Source: Fibrobacteria bacterium
Lineage (GTDB): Bacteria > Fibrobacterota > Fibrobacteria > UBA11236
NCBI GenBank assembly: GCA_041746255.1
Contig: JBGTHM010000053.1
Coordinates: forward strand, 59,153 to 123,152
DNA length: 64,000 nt
Reading direction: 5' to 3'
Below the pieces are notes generated by a model. The model did not search any database and was not told the DNA's origin. It saw only the letters and a list, made by a program, of their open reading frames with translations. Both the position numbers and the translations under genes were made by a program. How positions within the stretch are numbered: the stretch's first letter is position 1; each line of letters begins with the position of its first letter. Positions 1 through 9,770 of this stretch are shown one piece after another.

Positions 1-785
1 ATGACGGTGCCTATGAGGGCGGGATAGATGCCGCCTTCGGTATTCGACTCGCGGGGTTCGTCCCAGATGAATCTCCAGAAATTGGCGAGGAAGGAAGCCG
101 ATTTTGCCAAGACGTTCATCCGGTTGGGCGCCTCCAGCGACACGACGTTTCCCAGGGCGATGATTTGTTCCTCGCCCTTGCTGGTGGTCATTACCAATTG
201 GAAGGCGCGGACTTTTTCGTCGATAACCGCCATTTCCCTTTCCAGGTTTCCGAGCTTTTCAGGGTCCGACTGGTTTTGGTAAAGAGGAACGGCTTTGTGC
301 AACAGGTTTTTCCGTTCCGCAATCAAGTCGTGAACGAGTGCCAACTGCTCCCGCATCGGTTTCGTAACCGGTTCCGTTCGCGCCGAAAGTTCGATGTCGT
401 TGCCGGGGACTATCAGGCGCAGGGGAATGCCGTAGAAATCGCCGTGGGTGCGGCGCTCCAAGCGCATCAAGTGATCGAGGGGCTCCATGGACCTGACCTG
501 GTCGCCGGGAATCCAAATATAGTCGGCTCCCAATAAATCGCGGTTGCCGACCTTTACCTGGTATTCCACTCCGGTTTGGGTTTCCAGCGTCCGGCTCAGG
601 CTACCGATATGCGTTTCGCCCTCGGCGGTTTCGAATTGATAGATGGTATTGGGCCAAAAGTGCATGAAGGTCTGGGCGGTGATTAGCAGCAGCGTGGCCG
701 CCATCAGTAAGATGCAGGCGAATACCGCGAAGCTCAGCATCGAGAGCGAGCCGAACTGCCTTTGTCTGGGGGAAAGTAAGCGCAT
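1..785 (-). CDS. pstA: Phosphate ABC transporter permease PstA (3' end outside window)
   Basis: Not in the ORF track. Manual translation from ATG at 785 gives MRLLSPRQ...VKVGNRD...FIWDEPRESNTEGGIYPALIGTV, typical of long-form PstA. Lies directly downstream of pstC. Confidence 0.9.
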   Translation of the reverse strand, partial: MRLLSPRQRQFGSLSMLSFAVFACILLMAATLLLITAQTFMHFWPNTIYQFETAEGETHIGSLSRTLETQTGVEYQVKVGNRDLLGADYIWIPGDQVRSMEPLDHLMRLERRTHGDFYGIPLRLIVPGNDIELSARTEPVTKPMREQLALVHDLIAERKNLLHKAVPLYQNQSDPEKLGNLEREMAVIDEKVRAFQLVMTTSKGEEQIIALGNVVSLEAPNRMNVLAKSASFLANFWRFIWDEPRESNTEGGIYPALIGTV

Positions 786-796
786 GCGATGGGCCT

Positions 797-3232
797 TCAG
801 GTCGAGCTGCCGAATCTCTTCTTAAGGTGATTGGAATAAACGTCGGCGATAAGGTTCAAAACGAAGGTGAAGCAGAACAGCAGGAACCCTACCAGAAATA
901 GGATGCGATACAGGGTTTCTCCATGGGGCGCTTCCGGAATCTCGATGGCTATGGTGGCCGACATGCTGCGCATGCCGGTGAAGAGGCTGGGATCAAGAAT
1001 CGGGGTATTGCCCGAAGCCATGAGCACAATCATGGTTTCGCCGACCGCCCGGCCGAGTCCGATGATAATGGCGACAAAGATGCCCGGCGACGCGGCAATC
1101 AATACCACGCGTACGATGGTTTGCCATTTGCTTGCGCCCAGGGCCCTGGAGGCCGAAATGAGGCTGGGCGGAACATTGGACAAGGCATCTTCGGCCAGGG
1201 TAAAAATTACGGGTATGACGGCGAATCCCAGGGCTATTCCGATGAGCACGCCATTGCGGGTGTCGAAACGAAAACCTAGGGTTTCTGCGAGAAAGTTGGA
1301 AAAACTGCCCTTAAAGTAAGCGGCGTCCAACGCCGATTCCAGAGGAAAGCAAAGCAGGAACAAGGCCGTGAAGGAACCGAAGAAAACCCAGGTGCTGAGC
1401 ACGGGATCGTTGAGCCAGCGCGCCAATTTCGGCCAGAACCCCTGCGAGCGATTTTCGTCTCCGAGCGACAGAATGGCCCCGAGACCGAAAAGCAGCAGGG
1501 GCGCCAGGCCGAAGAACAGGAAGAACCATAATAAATGGTCTTTGAGCCAGGGGGCGAGGACGATTCCCGCCAGGAAACCGATGACCACGCTCGGTACGGA
1601 ACCCGTTAACTCGATGGCCGGCTTCACCACGCTCTTGAGCCGCTTGGGCGCGAAGTGACTGATATAAATGGCGGCCCCGACCGAGAGCGGTACGGAAAAG
1701 AGCAGGGCGAACAGGGTGCCTTTCAGAGTTCCGAATATAAGCGGAATGAGACTGACTTTATGTTGGAACTCATCGTTGCCGGCGGAGGATTGCCAGGAAA
1801 GTTCCCGGGAAGCGTACCCTTCATATTGTACGGGAGAGAATATCGCCGCCAGGGTGAAATCGGGATGGGGATCGTGGATATCGACCAGCAAAACCTCTTC
1901 GGCGGAGGCTTGGGTCGCGCGCGGAAGCCCCATGATTCTTTTGCCCTGGGGATCAAGAATAACCGGACCTTTTAAGCCTTCCAGAAATTTTTCCAGGCGT
2001 TTTTTTCCCGTGGTCGTTTCATAAATCGAGGCGGTACGACCGTTTTCTTCGGTTGTAAGCAGGATGAAATTGCGGGATAAGGGATAAGGAAGGATGTGAA
2101 AGCCTCCGGGTTGCATTTCCGTATCGGACTGGCTGGGCGTCCAGCGATGAACGGCTTCGTAACGACGGCCTCCGTGCGGCTGGGCTATGGGCGATAGGGC
2201 GGATAGCTGCAGATTACCCTGGTGTTTGGCGGCGACGACGAAGGTTTGATCTCCGAAAATCGGGGTGAGGGAAAGAATTTCGCCTTGAAATTTCCACTTA
2301 TCCTCGAGCTCGATTCCGTCTTCGTTGATTTGATAGAGGTAAAGCCAGTCCTGGTTATCGGAAACCAGCAGACGGACTCCGGATTGGGTAAGGGCGGCAA
2401 GCTTGATTCCGCTCACCTCTTCCAGTACGGTTTGATCGCGGACGCCTTCCATGTCGTAATCGAAAAAAAGCAGGGTGGAAACCGTTTCTTCGGCATGCTT
2501 ATAGGCCACGAATAACAAGGGTCCGGCCGCCTCGGACTCCCTCGCCTGCAGCGTAATAGGCTCTACCAGAGACGCTCCAATTGCGAGCGAGTCTCTCCCG
2601 CCGGCGAGTAAGTCGATGGTTTCGCTGGCATGAAACTCTGGAAATATCAAAGTGGCCGATTCGGCGAAATCGTTCCGGTAGCTCACTTTCACCAGCCCTA
2701 CCCGCCCGTTGTCGGTAAGATAGGCGAAAAGAGATTGCCGTGAATCCGCGTATCCACGCACCAGCCGCTCGTTTTCCTCCAGTTCAATCTGGAAGCTGGA
2801 AGCCTGGCCTTCTACGGGCAGTAGGTGAGCGCTTCCCGGACCTCTTTTATTGGTGACAGGCCGAACTTCGAGCTTCCCATCCGAAAAAAGTTGTGCGATC
2901 AGACTTTGCTGCGGTCCCATGGCGAAGGCGAGGGAGGCATCGGATGGCACGGACTCGAGTGGCACCTCCGTCTCCGCCGTGGGGCCCAAGAGAGCGGTAC
3001 GCGGCTGAGCTAATTTGGGACCCTTGAATAAGGGTATTACCTGCATTCCCATATAGACGAAAATCGCCAAAACGCATAAAACCGTGAAGCTACCCCCGAC
3101 TTTTATCACTCCGGTGAAAACCCGGTCGAGATAATGTCGGGGAGACAACTTGTGGGATATTTCCGGTCCCTTTCCCTTTTCGGGGGACGCCTGGGGCGAT
3201 GGGGCCGAGGTAGTGTTTTCGGGAGCGGTCAT
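797..3232 (-). CDS. pstC: Phosphate ABC transporter permease PstC, long form with large periplasmic domain
   Basis: LIFGTLKGT, KPAIELTGSVPSVVIG, GRAVGETMIVLMASGN motifs; lies between pstS and pstA. Confidence 0.93.
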   Translation of the reverse strand: MTAPENTTSAPSPQASPEKGKGPEISHKLSPRHYLDRVFTGVIKVGGSFTVLCVLAIFVYMGMQVIPLFKGPKLAQPRTALLGPTAETEVPLESVPSDASLAFAMGPQQSLIAQLFSDGKLEVRPVTNKRGPGSAHLLPVEGQASSFQIELEENERLVRGYADSRQSLFAYLTDNGRVGLVKVSYRNDFAESATLIFPEFHASETIDLLAGGRDSLAIGASLVEPITLQARESEAAGPLLFVAYKHAEETVSTLLFFDYDMEGVRDQTVLEEVSGIKLAALTQSGVRLLVSDNQDWLYLYQINEDGIELEDKWKFQGEILSLTPIFGDQTFVVAAKHQGNLQLSALSPIAQPHGGRRYEAVHRWTPSQSDTEMQPGGFHILPYPLSRNFILLTTEENGRTASIYETTTGKKRLEKFLEGLKGPVILDPQGKRIMGLPRATQASAEEVLLVDIHDPHPDFTLAAIFSPVQYEGYASRELSWQSSAGNDEFQHKVSLIPLIFGTLKGTLFALLFSVPLSVGAAIYISHFAPKRLKSVVKPAIELTGSVPSVVIGFLAGIVLAPWLKDHLLWFFLFFGLAPLLLFGLGAILSLGDENRSQGFWPKLARWLNDPVLSTWVFFGSFTALFLLCFPLESALDAAYFKGSFSNFLAETLGFRFDTRNGVLIGIALGFAVIPVIFTLAEDALSNVPPSLISASRALGASKWQTIVRVVLIAASPGIFVAIIIGLGRAVGETMIVLMASGNTPILDPSLFTGMRSMSATIAIEIPEAPHGETLYRILFLVGFLLFCFTFVLNLIADVYSNHLKKRFGSST

Positions 3233-3242
3233 ACCGGTATGA

Positions 3243-4202
3243 TTATTTGATTTTCGCCAATTCTTCGGTAGCTACCTTGGCCGTGACCGGAAGATAACCG
3301 TCTTTGATCACCACCTTCTGGCCTTCTTTGCTGAAAACGAATTTGACGAACTCGGTGGTCAAATCGTCCAAAGGCTTGCGGGGATCCTTGAGGATATAAA
3401 CGAACAGGTAACGCGCCAGCGGATAGCTCCCATCGAGAACGTTGGCATAGCTCGCATCCACGAATTTTTCTCCCGGTTCCACCGAAACGGGAAGCGGCTT
3501 GACGCCGGAGGTCAAGTAGCCGATGCCGCTATAGCCGATGGCGTATTTGTCCACGCCGATGGAGCTGACCACCGAAGAGGAGCCCGGCTGCTCTTTCACT
3601 TGATCCTTGAAATCGCCTTTGTTCAGCGCGACATCCTTGAAAAAACCGTAGGTTCCCGAGGCGGAATTACGTCCATAGAGTTGGAAGGCTTTTCCGGCAT
3701 AATCGCCGGTCAAGCCGAGCTTTCCCCAGGTGTCTATGCTTTCGGGGTTGCCTCGTTTGCGGGTTTTGGACATGACGGCATCCACTTCTTTCAAAGAGAT
3801 TCCGGCGAGGGGGTTGTCTTTGTGGACGAAAACGGCCAAGGCATCCAGGGAGGTACGCAATTCGGTTGGTGCATAACCGTATTTGCTTTTGATTTTTTCG
3901 ATTTCGCTGCGTTTCATATCGCGGCTCATGGGTCCTAATTGGGCGGTGCCCGCGATGAGGGCCGGCGGGGCGGTGCTCGAACCCTTGCCTTCAACCTGCA
4001 CGGTGACACCGGGGTGAAATTTGCGGAATTCTTCCGCCCAGAGGGTCATCAGGTTATTCATGGTGTCTGAGCCGATACTATTCAGATTACCGGCCACGCT
4101 TTTGGTCTTTTTATAGGAGGGAAGTTCGGCGTCGACTTGCAAGGGCTGGGCGATAAGCGCCGAATTGAGGCCCAGGGTGAGCAAAATGAGTGATTTGCGC
4201 AT
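3243..4202 (-). CDS. pstS: Phosphate ABC transporter substrate-binding protein PstS
   Basis: Signal peptide; GSDTM, GKGSSTAPPAL, YGRNSASGTY, YPLARYLFVY motifs. Confidence 0.95.
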   Translation of the reverse strand: MRKSLILLTLGLNSALIAQPLQVDAELPSYKKTKSVAGNLNSIGSDTMNNLMTLWAEEFRKFHPGVTVQVEGKGSSTAPPALIAGTAQLGPMSRDMKRSEIEKIKSKYGYAPTELRTSLDALAVFVHKDNPLAGISLKEVDAVMSKTRKRGNPESIDTWGKLGLTGDYAGKAFQLYGRNSASGTYGFFKDVALNKGDFKDQVKEQPGSSSVVSSIGVDKYAIGYSGIGYLTSGVKPLPVSVEPGEKFVDASYANVLDGSYPLARYLFVYILKDPRKPLDDLTTEFVKFVFSKEGQKVVIKDGYLPVTAKVATEELAKIK

Positions 4203-4265
4203 AGAATTCCTTTCCGATTTAAAATCCGGTTAGTCCCGGTTTTCGGGAAAAAATACACGCCCTGC

Positions 4266-4283
4266 GTGACAATCCCATGACAG
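4266..4283 (-). promoter_or_regulatory. Pho box (PhoB binding site) upstream of pstS
   Basis: Minus strand CTGTCAT-GGGA-TTGTCAC matches the CTGTCAT-N4-CTGTCAC consensus, 64 nt upstream of pstS. Confidence 0.85.
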
Positions 4284-4438
4284 CCCCGCGAAAGTAAACA
4301 CCTCCGGCGTTCTTTGCAATTGGTGCAGTGGAATAATAGGGGAAGAAATGCCGATTTTCTGTTATTTTGGAGAATAAGCGTAAATCAATCGGCAACCCTG
4401 TCCGGATACCGAAAGGTTTGGATGGATGAAAAAGGGAA

Positions 4439-5977
4439 ATGGGCGTTTGCTTGCATAATCACGAGCGCTATATCGAGAAAAGGGAAATCGGCAGCGGCGC
4501 CACGGCCCGGGTTTTCCAGGCGGACGATGTGAAGTTGCGCCGAGAGGTCGCCCTTAAAAAGATCCACCCGCATTTGCTGCGTGAAGAGGCCATCCGGGAA
4601 CGGTTTCTCGGAGAAGCTCGATCCATAGCCCGCCTGGTGCATGAAAATATCGTCGGTATCTATGATGTGGACGATTCCGAAGCTTTCCTGGTGATGGAAT
4701 TGGTGGAAGGCTGCGACTTGGATTCCCTGCTGACAGGGGGTCGGCCGCTCCCACCTTTGCTTACTCTGGAAATCGCCCGGCAATTGTTCGCAGGCTTGTC
4801 GGCCGCGCATGCAAGCGGCATCACCCACCGCGACATCAAGCCCGCACACCTGATGATCGATGCCCGGGGATGCCTTAAGATCACGGATTTCGGCATTGCC
4901 CACCTTTTGGACCGGCAGACCTTAACTTCGGATGGCCAATTTTTAGGCACGCCCCGCTATTGCTCGCCGGAAATGGTGCAAGGCGGAAAAACCCAGACCC
5001 GGAGCGATGTATTCTCGGCGGGATGTCTACTCTACCATTGCGCTACGGGCCGCTCCCCATTCGAGGGAGAAAACCCGCATCAAACCCTGCGTCAGGTTTG
5101 TGAAACCGATCCCGAGAGGCCGGGTAATTTGCAACCTATGCTTCCCCCTTTTCTGGAGGAATTGATTCTCACCTGTCTTCGCAAGCTTCCGGAAGAACGG
5201 CCGGGCGCGGCAGAGCTGCAGGCCAGTATCGAAGCCTTCGCCGTGGAGTGGCGTCTGCAATTGGGCAAAGCCCGGTTGGCCGGGTATTTGCAAAGCCCGG
5301 AGGCCTATGCCCTAGAGGAGAAGGCGCAGTTGGGCGAATTGTTTCTCCGGGAAGGTCGGGCGCTGCTGGAGAAAGGAAAGAGGGTTGCTGCGGAGAGAAG
5401 TTTCCATCGCGCCGCCCTATGTGGGATGACCGCGGTCGCATCCCCGGGCCCTGTGTCACGCAAATTTTCCCGCGCCCCCCTCTTGGTTTTAGCCGCCGGT
5501 ATCGTGATGGCCAGCGGACTTATCACTGGGTTCTATATGAAGCATTCCCGCTCGCAACCCCAGCCCATCGCTTCGGAGGCGCTTGAACCCGAAATCGGTG
5601 CTACGGTTTCTACTCCCGTCACCCAAGTCATGCCGGACTCGGTAATCCCACATAGGCCCCATCGCAATGAGGCGAATCCTGCTCAAGTCACTCCGGTTTC
5701 CGGGAAAAAACTCACGGTTAAAACCCTCCCGCCAACCTCTGCGGCACCCGCCACTTCTTCCGGCGGCTTGCAAGTGCGTTCGCGCCCCCCCTTCGCCCAG
5801 GTTTTTCTGGGAGACCGGAAAATCGGCGACACCCCTTTTGACCGCGTCCAGTCTTTGCCGGCCGGCGAATATGAATTAAGGCTGGAGAAGGAAGGCTGCG
5901 AAGTGGTAAGACGTAACATCCGTATTACTCCCGCGGAAACCCTGTTTCTGGCCGTGGATTTACCTCGCTCCCATTGA
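4439..5977 (+). CDS. Hanks-type Ser/Thr protein kinase with TM helix and C-terminal PEGA domain
   Basis: IGSGATARV, VALK, HRDIKPAH, DFG, GTPRYCSPE; hydrophobic TM; C-terminal VRSRPPFAQVFLGDRKIGDTP...LPAGEYELRLEKEG (PEGA-like). Confidence 0.92.
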   Translation: MGVCLHNHERYIEKREIGSGATARVFQADDVKLRREVALKKIHPHLLREEAIRERFLGEARSIARLVHENIVGIYDVDDSEAFLVMELVEGCDLDSLLTGGRPLPPLLTLEIARQLFAGLSAAHASGITHRDIKPAHLMIDARGCLKITDFGIAHLLDRQTLTSDGQFLGTPRYCSPEMVQGGKTQTRSDVFSAGCLLYHCATGRSPFEGENPHQTLRQVCETDPERPGNLQPMLPPFLEELILTCLRKLPEERPGAAELQASIEAFAVEWRLQLGKARLAGYLQSPEAYALEEKAQLGELFLREGRALLEKGKRVAAERSFHRAALCGMTAVASPGPVSRKFSRAPLLVLAAGIVMASGLITGFYMKHSRSQPQPIASEALEPEIGATVSTPVTQVMPDSVIPHRPHRNEANPAQVTPVSGKKLTVKTLPPTSAAPATSSGGLQVRSRPPFAQVFLGDRKIGDTPFDRVQSLPAGEYELRLEKEGCEVVRRNIRITPAETLFLAVDLPRSH

Positions 5978-6753
5978 TGGGTGATTATCTTTACGTTATG
6001 CGCTTTCTATGGATCCTGCTTTCCGGTTTCACCTGCGTCGTGGCGGCTCCGAACCTGAACGCCTTGCGCCTCCATTTTGAATGGGCGGAATACGACAGCC
6101 TGTTGGTGAAAGCTCCCCCGCTCGCGGATGATCCCTATTTGGCGCCGGAAGAGAAGGCGAAATTATGGAATTATTTGGGGGTGGCGCGGTTTATGCGCGG
6201 CGATAGCCTCTTGGCCGTTAAGAATTACCACCAAGCCCTGGAATGGTCGGACGAGGTGCGCCTCGATCGGTTTTTCGTCAGCCCCGAGGCCCACGCCCAT
6301 TATTTACGCGCGCTGGAAACTTATATAAGCCGGGAGGAAAAAAGTGAAGCGAATGCTTCCATTCCGACCCTGGCCCCTTCTCCTTCCGCTCCGAAAAATG
6401 CATGGATAGCCTCGCCTTTTCTCGCCGGATTCTGTTTCGCGGCTTCGGCGGGATTGGGCTATTTCTCTTATGCCGCCTACCAACGCGGCGAAGACATGAT
6501 GCCCGAATGGAGAACTACCCAGGACAGGGAACGGTGGAACGAGTTGCTGGCAGCAGTGCGCAGGGAAGATACCCGGGCGTTGGTCTTTGGCGGAGCTTCG
6601 GTGCTGGCCTTCGGAGCGGGAAGTTATTGGGTGATACGCCGCATGTTTAGGGAAAAACCGGAGGCCTCCCAGGTTTCCTTAGGCCCGGAGATTAAATCCT
6701 CATTTCGCTTATATGGCGCGGGTACCGGCTGGGAATACACTTTCGTTTTTTAA
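5977..6753 (+). CDS. TPR-containing membrane protein
   Basis: TGATG overlap with the kinase stop (alternative ATG at 5998); signal peptide, TPR-like LWNYLGVARFMRGD...NYHQALE, two hydrophobic helices. Confidence 0.65.
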   Translation: MGDYLYVMRFLWILLSGFTCVVAAPNLNALRLHFEWAEYDSLLVKAPPLADDPYLAPEEKAKLWNYLGVARFMRGDSLLAVKNYHQALEWSDEVRLDRFFVSPEAHAHYLRALETYISREEKSEANASIPTLAPSPSAPKNAWIASPFLAGFCFAASAGLGYFSYAAYQRGEDMMPEWRTTQDRERWNELLAAVRREDTRALVFGGASVLAFGAGSYWVIRRMFREKPEASQVSLGPEIKSSFRLYGAGTGWEYTFVF

Positions 6754-6774
6754 CTTTTCGCGCGAACTTCAGCG

Positions 6775-6809
6775 TCCCAAAATTGAGATGGGTTTTCCTA
6801 GCGCCGGGA
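6775..6809 (+). promoter_or_regulatory. Tandem enhancer-like palindromes (putative bEBP UAS)
   Basis: TCCCA-AAAT-TGAGA (6775-6788) and TCCTA-GCGC-CGGGA (6796-6809), starts 21 bp apart; same arrangement at 12937. Confidence 0.6.
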
Positions 6810-6890
6810 TTCCCCTGGGCTTTTCTCCGCCTGATCTTTTCGTACCTCCTTTTTTTTGCAAAAATCCCCCGATTCCACCTCGCACCTTTT

Positions 6891-6906
6891 CGGCTTGGCT
6901 TTTGCT
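6891..6906 (+). promoter_or_regulatory. sigma54 (-24/-12) promoter of the VIT-domain gene
   Basis: CGGCTTGGCTTTTGCT = GG-N10-GC with TTGC, 50 nt upstream of ATG 6956. Confidence 0.6.
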
Positions 6907-6955
6907 TTTCCCTTGGACAAATCGCGGCGATTCGCCGTAACCCAAGGAGAAAGAC

Positions 6956-8590
6956 ATGAAAAAGTTCCTATTCCTCATTGCCGTAATCGGCTTGACGTTT
7001 TCACAAGCGGAGTTGTCCTGGAAAACCACGCATGGGACCTATGGCGAGGGGGAGGTGCGACTGCAATCGAATAAAATCAAGGTTACGGTGTATCCGGGAT
7101 ATTTGGATGTCGAGGAAGAGGCGGAAATCCAGACCTTGGGCGAAACGCCTTGGGGAGGCGATGCCAACAGCTTGGAAATATTCGGGGATTTTTCCCTTCC
7201 GAAGGGAGCGGCCGTGGTGAGTCTGTTGCTCTGGAATGGCCAGGATTTACTCAAGGCGCGGCTCAAGGATAGGGCGCTGGCCAGGCAGCAATATGAGAAA
7301 GTGGTCGACCGCAATACGCCTCCGCCTCCCAGGCCATGGGATCCGGCGCTGGTGGAATTCTTGGGAGGGGGGCGCTATGGACTTTCCATTTATCCGGTGC
7401 GTCAGGGCTTCTCCCGGAAAATCCGTCTGCGCTACCATGTGGCGGCCGAAGTAACGACCCGGGGAGTGGAGCTACCCTTTTCAACGGTCATTGCGCGGGC
7501 GATACCCGGTGATCGGAATGCGGTGATTGAGACTTCTTTTCACCCAGGGTCGCGAAAAGAGGGCTTCACTTTGGGAACTGCGACGGGACTGGTAAAGCCA
7601 CTTGCCCTGCCCGCTACCTACCTGTTCGCGACCCCTCAGGATTTACGCATCCTAAGTCAAAATAACGCGGTGGGAATCACCACTTCCTTTGCGGAAGGGG
7701 GTTACCAAGGCCATTACATTTCGTTGCATGCGCCGCTTCCGGCCGCGGTTAAAAATTCTTTGCAAAGTTTCGCTTCGCTCAAGCAAAAGCCGTCGTTGAC
7801 GGCGGAAATCCGCAAAGGCAATGAAACCATGCATATCGACATGACCTGTAGCGGGAAGCTGGATCTCTGCCGGGGACTGGCTTTCACAGGCAAAGCATCC
7901 GCGCCTTTTTCGGCTCGGGTGGATTGGGTGGTTCATTCAGGGGGTTCGGAAAAGCTTCGCCACACGCAGGAGTTTCCCATGGCGGATCAGGCTAAGGACT
8001 CGATATTGGCGATACTCTGGGCCGCGAATCCCGCCTCCTATACCGAGAAAACCGAACTTCAGCGCGGCACTCGCTATGGATTTGTTGACGCTACCGCCAG
8101 TCTTTTGGCTTTGGAAGAAGATGTGATGAACGCGGAAGATACCCGGCGCTATTGGGATGCGGGTGTGCCCCGGCTGACTGATGCGGAAATCTTCCCCAGC
8201 GATACCACTACGGGGTTTTCCGCCAATGAGATCCTGTTCCAATTCAATCCCAATCAAAATCCGAATCCAAACCCTAACCAGCCCTGGGTTACATCGCTGG
8301 CAGCTCCCGAGGTTCGCTCGGAGAAGGGTATTTCGGGGCTGCTCCGTGGGGGTAATGCCTTGCAATTCCACCTGCCGGAAAACTGGCGCTCCGAATCGAC
8401 CCGGGAAGCGCTGATCACGGTGGTTCTCTTTGGCCTGGACGGCCAGGAGTTGGGAAGATGGACTTTGCAAAACCCCAGTGAAGGCTTACTGGAATTGCGA
8501 ATACAGGGACAAGTTATGAAGCCCGGTCTTTATCTGTTACGGGTGGAAGGCGCCTCCTTGCGCACCAGCCATAGGTTGAAATTGATGTAA
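6956..8590 (+). CDS. Secreted VIT (vault/inter-alpha-trypsin) domain protein with C-terminal sorting tail
   Basis: Signal peptide; FSLPKGAAVVSLLLW...ARQQYEKVV...DPALVEF...IYPV...RKIRLRY (VIT); YGFVDATASLLALE; NP-rich linker; GLDGQELG...PGLYLLRV tail; AAGGAG RBS. Confidence 0.75.
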   Translation: MKKFLFLIAVIGLTFSQAELSWKTTHGTYGEGEVRLQSNKIKVTVYPGYLDVEEEAEIQTLGETPWGGDANSLEIFGDFSLPKGAAVVSLLLWNGQDLLKARLKDRALARQQYEKVVDRNTPPPPRPWDPALVEFLGGGRYGLSIYPVRQGFSRKIRLRYHVAAEVTTRGVELPFSTVIARAIPGDRNAVIETSFHPGSRKEGFTLGTATGLVKPLALPATYLFATPQDLRILSQNNAVGITTSFAEGGYQGHYISLHAPLPAAVKNSLQSFASLKQKPSLTAEIRKGNETMHIDMTCSGKLDLCRGLAFTGKASAPFSARVDWVVHSGGSEKLRHTQEFPMADQAKDSILAILWAANPASYTEKTELQRGTRYGFVDATASLLALEEDVMNAEDTRRYWDAGVPRLTDAEIFPSDTTTGFSANEILFQFNPNQNPNPNPNQPWVTSLAAPEVRSEKGISGLLRGGNALQFHLPENWRSESTREALITVVLFGLDGQELGRWTLQNPSEGLLELRIQGQVMKPGLYLLRVEGASLRTSHRLKLM

Positions 8591-8598
8591 ACCTCAAA

Positions 8599-8624
8599 AA
8601 AGGAGGGGGTAATCCCCCTCCTTT
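8599..8624. terminator. Intrinsic terminator hairpin after the VIT gene
   Basis: AAAGGAGGGGG-TAAT-CCCCCTCCTTT perfect stem just after the stop codon. Confidence 0.75.
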
Positions 8625-8685
8625 GCCAGCCAAAAATTAGAGAATGGTTTAGATTTCAAATGAGACAAGGTATTACAACCGAACC

Positions 8686-8701
8686 CGGCCCATTTTTTGC
8701 A
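8686..8701 (+). promoter_or_regulatory. Candidate sigma54 promoter for the lipoprotein-activator-cohesin operon
   Basis: CGGCCCATTTTTTGCA = GG-N10-GC just downstream of the terminator. Confidence 0.45.
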
Positions 8702-9770
8702 GCGCAAGTCAAAAACATTGTCCCTTCTGGGCTACGTGTGCCTACTTATGGGTAGCGTGGTGACTTTTTCCTGTCTGCATGAGCCGCCGCCTAAGCCGCC
8801 CCTGCCGGTGTTTCCTCCAGTCGACAGTACAAACATTTTGGATTCACTTTTCCCCGGCGGCATTATCGTTGATTTACCCTATCCGGATTCCCTGATAGGC
8901 CAATACGATTTGAAGCAAATTCAGAAAGCCGGATGGGAATGGGATCCCACTTCCTGGCCTGGAAAATGGGGATGGGGAGAAAAGGAGCGGCTGGACCTTT
9001 ATTGGGAGGGTCGCGTAACCGGACATAAATTGAGATTGGGTATATTCGAAGGATATGTATCGATAACCCGGCCCTCCGACGATTCCATCGCGGAATTTCC
9101 CTATCGGATTCATCGACGGTTCAAAAATTTCTGTCCAGCGGGCGACTCGCTTTCTGAATACTGGGGTGTGACAACCCAACCGAAGGATTTTTCCGGCGAC
9201 CGGCAATTGTTGGCGCAAGTAGTTGATGCCGCGACTCCGATTGAGAACCAGGTACGGGGGATTCGCAGCCGCTTTGCTTTCGTGGGCGATTATGTTTTCG
9301 ATATTCACTTGCGGCTGCCTGCGACCGTAGCTTCCGGTTATACCGTGGCTCTGTTCCTATCGGAGGTGGAAGCGCCTCTCTTTCAAAATATTCTGACTGG
9401 TAAGGGAGAGCAGAAAGGGTTTCAGGTATTTTCGGAGGGGGCTGGGATTTTCTTTAATGCCGAAAAGGGCCAGAACCCCGTAAAGGCTTTTGGGCCGGGC
9501 GATCGTTTTAGTGGACTCGGAATACGACTTGCGAATGACGTGACATTCCGGTTTATCCGAAAAGAAGGTCGTATCTCATTTGCCTCCAAAGGGCCCACCG
9601 AATCTGATTTCACCGAAATTCAGGGATGGTTTTACCCGGATTTATCTGCCCTCGATGCCGGGCTTTTTCTGCATATGATGGTAGGCGTATTCGAGGCTCC
9701 GACCCGCACACTCAACGTGGAATGGGATCGGTTTGTCATCCACGAGGGAGAAGTGGAGATGCGCCCATGA
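8697..9770 (+). CDS. Hypothetical lipoprotein
   Basis: Lipobox-like TFSC followed by a Pro-rich tether; beta-rich body; ATGA overlap with the next gene. True start probably TTG 8718 or later. Confidence 0.65.
   Translation: MQRKSKTLSLLGYVCLLMGSVVTFSCLHEPPPKPPLPVFPPVDSTNILDSLFPGGIIVDLPYPDSLIGQYDLKQIQKAGWEWDPTSWPGKWGWGEKERLDLYWEGRVTGHKLRLGIFEGYVSITRPSDDSIAEFPYRIHRRFKNFCPAGDSLSEYWGVTTQPKDFSGDRQLLAQVVDAATPIENQVRGIRSRFAFVGDYVFDIHLRLPATVASGYTVALFLSEVEAPLFQNILTGKGEQKGFQVFSEGAGIFFNAEKGQNPVKAFGPGDRFSGLGIRLANDVTFRFIRKEGRISFASKGPTESDFTEIQGWFYPDLSALDAGLFLHMMVGVFEAPTRTLNVEWDRFVIHEGEVEMRP

Noticed and set aside
797..3232. 811-aa PstC as a novel fusion
   Set aside because: Long PstC/PstA forms with large periplasmic domains are already known (e.g. 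Pseudomonas-type pst operons).
8245..8285. NPNQNPNPNPNQP repeat
   Set aside because: Low-complexity linker with varied codons; not a DNA-level element.
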